NCBI GenBank assembly: GCA_964490075.1 | Contig: CAZBBK010000001.1 | Span: forward strand, 1-64,000 | Origin: an uncultured Gemmatimonadota bacterium | GTDB taxonomy: Bacteria > GCA-2686955 | Reading direction: 5' to 3' | DNA length: 64,000 nucleotides | In this document: piece by piece, positions 57,000 to 64,000 of the stretch | How positions within the stretch are numbered: position 1 is the stretch's first letter | How the letters are laid out: every line of letters starts with the position of its first letter | Notes under the pieces: generated by a model | Database searches by the model: none | What the model was told of the DNA's origin: nothing | The model's input: the letters and a program-made list of their open reading frames with translations, nothing else | Position numbers and translations under genes: made by a program

Positions 57000-58058
57000 T
57001 CAGCGCACGTGGAGCTCGATCAGGTCGCCGTCCACCACCTCGTGCTCCGGCCCCACCTGCTGGCCGTCGAAAGTCGCCTCGCCCCACACCCGCGCGAAGC
57101 GCAGCGCGCCGGCGATGTCGCGGTGCACCATGCGCGCGATCTCCTGCACCGTACCGCCGCGGCGCACCGTGTAGGGTCGATCCTCATCCGGCGACCGCCC
57201 CGGCGCCTTGGTATAGACCCGCACGATCTCCAAGCCGCGGAACAGGAAGGGCCCCAGGTCGCCGAGCCCGGCACCGCTCTCCACCGAGGTCGAGATGCTG
57301 GGGTAGCGCACTCCCAAGAGCTCCTCGAGCACCTCCACCTCGCCCGGTTCGGGATCGAGATCGCGCTTGGTCGCCACCAGCAGGGTCGGCAGGCGGATCC
57401 GGAAGGGATCCTCGAGCTGGTCCGGATCGCCGCGCTCCGCTTCAGCGGACCCGCCGCCGGACGCGCCGGACCGATCGCCATCGCCCGGCCACTGCTCCAG
57501 CAGCGACACCTTTTTCTCTTCCAGTCGGCCACGAATGTCGACCACGTGCTCCACGCAGGCCGGATCGCTCAGATCGATCACCAGCAGCGCCCCATCGGCC
57601 GGCTGCAGCGCGTTGACCAACCAGGGCTCCATGAAGTCGGCGCTGACCGGTGGCAGATCGACCAGCTGGAAGTGCACGTCCTGGTGGGGCAGCATGCCGG
57701 GCACCGGCACGTGGGTGGTGAAGGGATAGGGACCCACATCGCTTTTCGATCCGGTCCACTCGCGATGCAAGCTCGACTTCCCCGAGTTCGGCGGTCCGAT
57801 CAGACAGATCTGTGCCGCCCCCTCCGGACGCACCGTGTAGCTGGGGCCGGCGCGCCGTCCCCCCTTCTTCGGGCCGGCCAGCTCCTCGGTCAGCTGCTTG
57901 ATGCGGCCTTTCAGATCGGACTGCACGTGCTCCGTCCCCTTGTGCTTGGGGATCGTGCGCAGCATCTCCTTCAGGCACTCAAGACGCTCGCGCGGTTCGC
58001 GCGCTTCCCGAAAGGCCTGCTCGGCCCGGCGATACTCGGGCGTGACGTTGGTCGGCAT
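57000..58058 (-). CDS. DRG/OBG-family GTPase with TGS domain
   Basis: PKHKGTE, GPPNSGKS (G1), YPFTT (G2), DLPP (G3), TKRD (G4), RVYTK...VH...ARVWG...GQQVG (TGS). Confidence 0.92.
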   Translation of the reverse strand: MPTNVTPEYRRAEQAFREAREPRERLECLKEMLRTIPKHKGTEHVQSDLKGRIKQLTEELAGPKKGGRRAGPSYTVRPEGAAQICLIGPPNSGKSSLHREWTGSKSDVGPYPFTTHVPVPGMLPHQDVHFQLVDLPPVSADFMEPWLVNALQPADGALLVIDLSDPACVEHVVDIRGRLEEKKVSLLEQWPGDGDRSGASGGGSAEAERGDPDQLEDPFRIRLPTLLVATKRDLDPEPGEVEVLEELLGVRYPSISTSVESGAGLGDLGPFLFRGLEIVRVYTKAPGRSPDEDRPYTVRRGGTVQEIARMVHRDIAGALRFARVWGEATFDGQQVGPEHEVVDGDLIELHVR

Positions 58059-58323
58059 CGGCGCAATGCTACCTTCCAAGGCCGCGGCCTGTCCTCGGCG
58101 GAGGACAGCTTGGCAAGACGTTTTTTTGGGAAACAGACCTTGGCCGGGCGCGGCGCAGCATGCGGCATCGAGCCCGGAGTGGTGGAAGATCCCGCATCAC
58201 CCTCGCTGGAGCCCGCGCGCCCCGCCATGACCCCCTCGGGTCCGGCCTAGTCCGCTCCTCCCACTCGGCACGGATCCTGCACGCCCGGTACCCTTGGTCC
58301 ATCCACCGCACCAAAGGTCCGCC

Positions 58324-59376
58324 ATGCGCTTTCAGACCCCGCTCATCCTCGCCCTCCCGATCCTCGCCACCGCCGGCTGCGAGATCGGCGTCGTCGATCC
58401 CTACCCGCCGATCTTCGGCAGCGGCCATCCCCTGACCTTCGCCGCCGAGGATCCCGGATCGCCCGCCATCCCCCTGATCTACCGCGCCAACACCAACGGC
58501 AGCGACCTGCGCGCCCTGGCGATCGGCAGCTCGCCCGACTGGTCGCCCGAGGGCAGCGAGATCCTCTTTCTCGACCAGGGGGTGCGGCTGATGAGTGCCG
58601 GCGGCGGCAACTCCCAGACCCTGCGCGAGGCCGATGCGAGCCGCTTCCCGGTGTGGGCCGGCTGGTCGCCCTCGGGCGGGCGCTTCGCCTACCTGGAGAA
58701 GGGCTGGGGCGCCTGCAACGCCATCTATGTCGGCAGCCCCTACGGCCAGGTCGACGAGGATCTCGGGAACCACTGCTCGCCCGGCGAAGATCTGGAGTGG
58801 CGCCTCGACTGGTCACCCGCCGGTGACGAGCTGCTCTTCCACTCCGATGGCCCGATCGCCTTCTCTCTCGACGTCTTCGTCGCCGAGGTCGGCGGCACCA
58901 CCACCTGGAATCTGACCTACAGCCCCTGGAACGACCACTCCCCCGCCTGGTCGCCGGACGGCTACGACATCGTTTTCATCTCCGACCGCAACGTCGGCCC
59001 CTGGGCGGTGGGCGAGCTCTTCATCATGGACTGGGAAGGCTCCAACGTTGCTCGCATCACACCCGGCTCGGCGGCCACGCCCTCGTTCTCGCCGGACGGG
59101 CGCTGGATCGCCTTCTTCCGCCCGGACGACGGGCTCTACATCGTACGTCCCGACGGCTCGGGCGAGGAGCGGCTGACCAGCCGCGGCAGCGCTCGCGCGC
59201 CTTTCCCGGCCGCGCCGCGCTGGTCGCCCGACGGCGAGTGGCTGGCATTCGTCTCCGACTCCGGCTACCTGTACACCATTCGCATGGACGGATCGGACGA
59301 GCAGCGCATTTCCGACACGCGCCTGGTCGGTGGGGCGTTCTCGTGGTCGCCGCGGCGAGTCGATTGGGTCGACTAG
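58324..59376 (+). CDS. TolB-like (PD40 repeat) beta-propeller lipoprotein
   Basis: Lipobox TAGC; six P-x-WSPDG-type repeats. Confidence 0.9.
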   Translation: MRFQTPLILALPILATAGCEIGVVDPYPPIFGSGHPLTFAAEDPGSPAIPLIYRANTNGSDLRALAIGSSPDWSPEGSEILFLDQGVRLMSAGGGNSQTLREADASRFPVWAGWSPSGGRFAYLEKGWGACNAIYVGSPYGQVDEDLGNHCSPGEDLEWRLDWSPAGDELLFHSDGPIAFSLDVFVAEVGGTTTWNLTYSPWNDHSPAWSPDGYDIVFISDRNVGPWAVGELFIMDWEGSNVARITPGSAATPSFSPDGRWIAFFRPDDGLYIVRPDGSGEERLTSRGSARAPFPAAPRWSPDGEWLAFVSDSGYLYTIRMDGSDEQRISDTRLVGGAFSWSPRRVDWVD

Positions 59377-61278
59377 ACGATCCAGCAGTCGCCAACCGTC
59401 GCTGCTGAGGGGGTCGCAACCGAGCAGTGTCTCCAGCGATCGGTGGGCGCCCGCGGAGTCGCCAAGGGCCAGGCGCAGCTCCGCATCGAGCGCCAGCACG
59501 CGCGGGTGAAAGGGATAGAGAGACAGCGACACTCGGGTGCCGCGCAGCGCCTCGCGCGCCAGTCTCTCGGCCTGCTCTGCTTGGCGCGCTGCTTTCGCCA
59601 GGGCGGTGGAGATCCGCGCCCGCAGGTGCCACAGGTCGAGCTGATGGGGATGGATCGCCAGCCCCTCCTCCAGTACCTCGGCGGCCCGCTCCGGGCGGCC
59701 GGCCACCAGCTCCAGCTCCGCCAGGTAGTAGTGGCCGCCGACCTCGCCGGGGCGTACGCGACGGGCCTCGACCAGCGCCGGTCGCGCTTCGTCGACGCGC
59801 CCTTCGTGGTGCAGGGTCGCCCCCTCGGCCATCCGTTCGGAGTAGATCCAGCGCGTCCGGTCGCGCGCCAGCACCAGGAGCGCGAGCGAGGCCAGCAGCG
59901 CGGCACCGGCGGCTCGCGGGCCGATGGAGCGCGCATCGCCAATGCGAGTCGCCCCGACCGCGCCCGCCGCCAGGCCGGTCATCAGCCACAGCATTCCGCT
60001 CGCCGTCTCGCTGGCGAAAGGGAAGTTGAAGCAGGCGTTGACCGCCATGGCCAGCCAGGCGGCGGGCAGCACGACGCGCCAGGTCGCGCCGACGGAATCG
60101 CCTGTGCGTCGCGCCCGGACCAGGGTTCGCTGCAGCCTCCAGAGAGCTGCGGCGAAGCCGGCGATCAACGCCAGCCCCAGCGGCAGTCCGTACTCGGCGA
60201 GCAGCTCGAGGCCATCGTTGTGGGCGTGCTCCACGCGGGTCGTCGCCGGCGACCAGGTGAAGTAGATCGGTCGCTCCGGAGGTGGCGCGTGGGCCGCCGC
60301 CTGCACTCCCCAGTGTCCCGGTCCCACCCCGCTCCAGGGCCGCTCGCGCAGCATCGAAAGGCTGGCTTCTAGCAGTCGGCCGCGAAAGCGATAGGCGCCG
60401 TCACCCGGGTCGAGCGCCTTGCCGATGCGCGTGACCGGGTCCGCCAGATCGGCGCGCTCGACGCCGGTGACCGTGAGGGCCAGCACGGCGGCGGCGAGCG
60501 CGGCCGCGCCAAGCATGCGCCGCCTGCCGGCGACACTTCGCGCGAGCTTCCAGGTGACGACACTCGCACCCGCGATCGCACCCAGCCAGGCCCCGCGCCG
60601 CCCGAGCAACAGCAACACGGCGAGCTCCACGGCCAGCGCGATCCAGGCCGCTCGACGCAGGCCCCGGCGCTGAATGGCGAGGCACAGAAAGAGCGTCGGG
60701 AAGATCGCGACCAGCAAGTACTGCGCCGCCAGATTCGGATGCAGGAAGGTCAGCCCGATGCCCTCTCGCTGGGCCAGGGGCAGAAGATCCGGCGCCGATA
60801 CCTGCAGTGCTCCGATCGCGGAGCTCGCCAGCGCCCCGGCGCAGATCGCCGCCGCGCAGAGCAGCGTGGAATCGCTCCGTTCGCCGAGCCAGACGCCGCC
60901 GAGAAAAAGCAGCATCCAACGCCCGAGCGAGGCCAAAGTGTCGAGCACGAGCGGTGGATGATGCGCGAAAGGAAGATGCAGCAGAGTTGCGCCGAGCGCC
61001 ACCACGAAACAGGCCGAGAGCCAACCGATGTCGCGGCCGAGGCGCGGTCGTCTTCTGGCGTAGCCAACCGCCAGCAGCACCGCGCCTGCGTCCAGCAGCA
61101 GCGACTTCGGCACGATGTAGTCCTGGTGCCCGCCGGCGACGAAAGCGAGGGGGGCCAGGGCGATCGCCCCGACCCCCAAGGCAGCGAGAAGACGCTCCGA
61201 GCGTGGCAAACCGACCGGCCGAGTAGTGGGTTTCGACCCCTGCTGGGTGTCGCTGGTTGGGCCGGTCGCAGGAGCCAT
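58813..61278 (-). CDS. O-antigen ligase/oligosaccharyltransferase-like (Wzy_C) membrane protein with TPR tail
   Basis: TFLHPN, RRGAWLG, R...L.M....PWSGVGPG, HAHNDGLELLAEYG, FNFPF; TPR after about aa 490. The last ~190 codons lie antisense to the TolB-like gene and are doubtful. Confidence 0.8.
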   Translation of the reverse strand: MAPATGPTSDTQQGSKPTTRPVGLPRSERLLAALGVGAIALAPLAFVAGGHQDYIVPKSLLLDAGAVLLAVGYARRRPRLGRDIGWLSACFVVALGATLLHLPFAHHPPLVLDTLASLGRWMLLFLGGVWLGERSDSTLLCAAAICAGALASSAIGALQVSAPDLLPLAQREGIGLTFLHPNLAAQYLLVAIFPTLFLCLAIQRRGLRRAAWIALAVELAVLLLLGRRGAWLGAIAGASVVTWKLARSVAGRRRMLGAAALAAAVLALTVTGVERADLADPVTRIGKALDPGDGAYRFRGRLLEASLSMLRERPWSGVGPGHWGVQAAAHAPPPERPIYFTWSPATTRVEHAHNDGLELLAEYGLPLGLALIAGFAAALWRLQRTLVRARRTGDSVGATWRVVLPAAWLAMAVNACFNFPFASETASGMLWLMTGLAAGAVGATRIGDARSIGPRAAGAALLASLALLVLARDRTRWIYSERMAEGATLHHEGRVDEARPALVEARRVRPGEVGGHYYLAELELVAGRPERAAEVLEEGLAIHPHQLDLWHLRARISTALAKAARQAEQAERLAREALRGTRVSLSLYPFHPRVLALDAELRLALGDSAGAHRSLETLLGCDPLSSDGWRLLDRLVDPIDSPRRPRERPTDQARVGNALLVRSVHANGVQVAGVGDECQPLAVGRPARRGRERRASAAAAGQPLLARAVGTYDVEPVVRAEEGDPAPVRRERGRGRRAGCDASNVGAFPVHDEELAHRPGADVAVGDENDVVAVRRPGGGVVVPGAVGQIPGGGAADLGDEDVEREGDRAIGVEEQLVTGG

Positions 61279-61281
61279 CGC

Positions 61282-63849
61282 TCAGTGCTCCTCGTGCTGC
61301 GCCAGGCGCATCCGTGCCTGCTGCTTCATGCTGCGCCTCTCACGCCGCTCGCGCGGCACGACCAGCTTCGCTTCCCAGTCGAAGTCGACCGAGCTGCGCC
61401 CCTGGTTCAGCTCCCGGACCACGAAGCCCTCGGGTGAGCGGCTCGCCACGTAGAGGCCTCGGCAAGGCCCGCCCGCCGTGAGCTGGATCTTGAGCCGGTC
61501 GATGCCGACCAGCTCCAACGCCCGCCGCGCGGCGGGTGGGAAGGCGATCTCCGCCGCACCGTCGTCCAGATAGGCGCTCCTGGTAAACGCGTAGTCGTTG
61601 CCAAGACCGCGCATCGGCGAAAGTATGTCGCTCAGACAGGGCCCTCCGTGGAAGCAATGATCCGCGGCATAGACGACGCCCGCGAAGTTGCCTCCGGCAT
61701 CGCTCGAAATGGTCGAAACCGCGTGCATCGTCGAGTTGGAGTACACCGTCTCGCCGCGCACCTCGGCTCCGGCGGTCACATTGCCTTCGGCGTACAGATC
61801 TCCCAGGGCACGAATATCGGTCGCACTCTCGATGTAGTGGGCATAGATCGAGCCGGCCGCGATCACATCGAGGCCGACATCCAACATCCCCGCGGGGATC
61901 AGGACGTTTCCCGCCGCAACATTGATGTCGCCTCCGAAGACGTCGAGCCCGTCGTCGGCCGTGATCCGACCGTCGACGTCGAGCGCACTCAAAAGGCGCA
62001 GGTCGTCGGTCACGAAACCCTCCACGCTCAGATCGCCGCCGACCGTCAGATCGTGGCCGACGGTGGCGTCGGTGTCACAATGGAAACGCCAGCCGCGCAC
62101 CTCGCCGGTCTGGGCCCAGATGCCGGCTCCGGCGATCACGTCGACCTGGGCGTGCACGCTGCCCCGGCTCTCCAGGATGTTGGCCGTGAGCTTGCCGTTG
62201 ATCACCACGTCGCCGGGGTAGGGGTTGGGGAACACGCCGTCGGGACCGGTGGGACCGCTCGGACCACTGGGACCGCTGGGACCGGTGGCTCCCTTCGGAC
62301 CCGAGGGACCACTCGGACCACTGGGGCCGCGCGGACCGGTGGGACCGACCAGACCTCGGGGACCGCTCGGACCGCTGGGGCCCACCGGACCGGTGGGACC
62401 CTCGATCCCCTGTGCTCCGCTCGGGCCGCTGGGACCACTCGGGCCGGTGGGGCCGCGCGCGCCGCGTGCCCCCGGCGGACCGGTCGGCCCCGCGGGTCCG
62501 GAGGGTCCACTGGGTCCCGCGGGTCCCGCGAGCCCCGGGAAGCTGTCGGCCGCGACCCACTCGGTCCCCACGACAGTGCTCATCAGGATGTCGGACTCCT
62601 CTCCAGGATTGTTGAAGGAGTCGAAGAAGGGACCCTCGAGACGCAGATCGCCCGCCACGTGTAGCGCCGCGCTCGGTTCGTCGGTCGCCACGCCGAGCGC
62701 GAGCCCGTCGTTGAAGAGCAGAGAGTCGGCGATCCAGCCCAGACTGTCGTAGCGGGCGGTGGCTCCGAAGAAGCCGTCGACCAGCAATCCCGGAGGCCCG
62801 GCAGGTCCGTCTTCGCCGACTGGGCCCTGGGGCCCCGTCGGTCCCTCGGGGCCGCTCGGACCAGGATCGCCCGGGAACCCTTGCGACCCGGTCGGTCCCG
62901 CGGGACCGCTCGGACCCGGGTCGCCCTGGGCGCCGGTCGGCCCCTGAGGACCCGGATCACCCTGGATGCCTTGCGGTCCCCTCGGCCCGGTCGGCCCCAG
63001 CGGACCCGGATCGCCGGGAGGTCCGGTCGGCCCCGGGGGACCGGTTGGCCCGATGAGGTCGGTCGGATCGCCGACCCAGCGGCCGGCGCCGTCCACGACC
63101 TCCGTGCCCGCGATCAGCAGCCCCCCGGCATCCACGGCGTCCGCCGATTGCAGAGCGAGGCCGGCGCCGGACCCCGGCACCACGATCCCGGGACCGTCCA
63201 CGTCCTCGATCACGATCCCGGCTCCGGCCGCCCCTTCGATCCGCAAAGCGTCGCCGCCGGAAGCAATCACCAGAACGCCGGTGCTCCCCGATTCTCGAAT
63301 CCTCAAACCGATCCCGTACGGAGCCTCGGCGGCGAGCGCCGCGGCCTCGGGATCGAGATTGCTGTTGCGAAAGCCGCCCGCCGCGACGCCGAAGCTGCCA
63401 TCGATCCCGAAGCCGAAGTTGGGGCCCTTGGCCCCATCGTCGCCGGGATCCTGGCGCGCCGCAGCGACGAAACCGGTCGCGCCGCGGTTGAGCAGCAGCA
63501 CGAAGGCGTCGATCCGCGCGAGCTCCAGATCGGGCCGACCGTCCTGGTCCCAGTCGCCGCAGGCCACTTCCATCACGTCGTGCCAGCGATCGAGCCCCGC
63601 CTCGCGAGTGACGTCGCGCAGCGAGCCCTCGGCGTCGAGGCGTTGGAGCCTCAGCTCCCCGGCGTCGGTGAGCTCCAGCAGCTCGGCGAAGCCGTCGCCG
63701 TCCAGGTCCAGCAGAGCCGTGCGCTCCTGGCCACCGAGCACGAGCAGCTCATCGGTTTCGGCCCAGTCCAGCTGGTCGCCGAGCGCCGAACCGGACAGGG
63801 CGATGCCGGTCGATGCGAGATGGAAAAGAAACACTTTCATCGGGTGCAT
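61282..63849 (-). CDS. Secreted collagen-like fibre protein: FG-GAP/VCBS N-domain, two Gly-X-Y blocks, trimeric beta-rich C-terminus
   Basis: GGAGG RBS, signal peptide, DLDGDG and [10 protein letters not shown] motifs, about 29 and 33 consecutive GXY triplets, fibre-like V.GDL.V.G repeats, IQLT...LYV...GFVV...FDW end domain. Confidence 0.88.
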   Translation of the reverse strand: MHPMKVFLFHLASTGIALSGSALGDQLDWAETDELLVLGGQERTALLDLDGDGFAELLELTDAGELRLQRLDAEGSLRDVTREAGLDRWHDVMEVACGDWDQDGRPDLELARIDAFVLLLNRGATGFVAAARQDPGDDGAKGPNFGFGIDGSFGVAAGGFRNSNLDPEAAALAAEAPYGIGLRIRESGSTGVLVIASGGDALRIEGAAGAGIVIEDVDGPGIVVPGSGAGLALQSADAVDAGGLLIAGTEVVDGAGRWVGDPTDLIGPTGPPGPTGPPGDPGPLGPTGPRGPQGIQGDPGPQGPTGAQGDPGPSGPAGPTGSQGFPGDPGPSGPEGPTGPQGPVGEDGPAGPPGLLVDGFFGATARYDSLGWIADSLLFNDGLALGVATDEPSAALHVAGDLRLEGPFFDSFNNPGEESDILMSTVVGTEWVAADSFPGLAGPAGPSGPSGPAGPTGPPGARGARGPTGPSGPSGPSGAQGIEGPTGPVGPSGPSGPRGLVGPTGPRGPSGPSGPSGPKGATGPSGPSGPSGPTGPDGVFPNPYPGDVVINGKLTANILESRGSVHAQVDVIAGAGIWAQTGEVRGWRFHCDTDATVGHDLTVGGDLSVEGFVTDDLRLLSALDVDGRITADDGLDVFGGDINVAAGNVLIPAGMLDVGLDVIAAGSIYAHYIESATDIRALGDLYAEGNVTAGAEVRGETVYSNSTMHAVSTISSDAGGNFAGVVYAADHCFHGGPCLSDILSPMRGLGNDYAFTRSAYLDDGAAEIAFPPAARRALELVGIDRLKIQLTAGGPCRGLYVASRSPEGFVVRELNQGRSSVDFDWEAKLVVPRERRERRSMKQQARMRLAQHEEH

Positions 63850-64000
63850 GGTGCACCTCCCTGGTCCACGGTGCGCGCCAACCTGCGCCGCCACGATGCG
63901 CGGACAGGGGGACGACAGCGGACGAGCCCGTTTCCAAGCTCGCGCCCGCTCGCCAGGGGACGCGCGGCTCGGATAGGTGTCGCAAGCGATCGAAGCGGTG

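Noticed and set aside
61282-63849. Prophage tail-fibre gene
   Set aside because: It has a signal peptide and FG-GAP motifs, and no other phage genes are nearby.
62225-63976. Plus-strand collagen-like ORFs
   Set aside because: Antisense mirror of the Gly-Pro codons (GGN-CCN) of the minus-strand gene.

Overview
A very GC-rich bacterial chromosomal segment with about 40 genes and no rRNA, tRNA, CRISPR array or prophage that I can see. Housekeeping and metabolic genes include glgC, ribD, riboflavin synthase, tnaA, tldD/tldE, acnB with a divergent LysR regulator, and a DRG-type GTPase. Surface-glycan genes include wzm/wzt, a GT2, a double GT4, DUF362, a bi-domain oxidoreductase, and ArnT-like and O-antigen-ligase-like proteins. 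Many secreted multidomain proteins are present: a metacaspase, an S8 protease, a GH13, an M1 peptidase, beta-helix proteins and a collagen-like fibre. There are also two toxin-antitoxin modules (AbiEi/AbiEii, MazEF-like) and one intact IS630. Signals the ORF track misses: (1) a 180-bp fully palindromic MITE inserted in frame inside a DUF2809 gene; (2) the IS630 sits at the TA centre of a perfect palindrome whose arms match that MITE's terminal repeat at 14/17 nt; (3) a secreted thioredoxin-fold protein split by an in-frame TGA in a W-U-G-S-C motif, a likely selenoprotein; (4) the AbiE module lies between two ~370-bp direct copies of a gene 3' end; (5) a 51-bp-period array of palindromic units near the window start; (6) one shared C-terminal Ig-like domain on three unrelated secreted proteins; (7) an unannotated 59-aa ORF upstream of ribD. 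All calls come from reading motifs by eye; no database searches were run.
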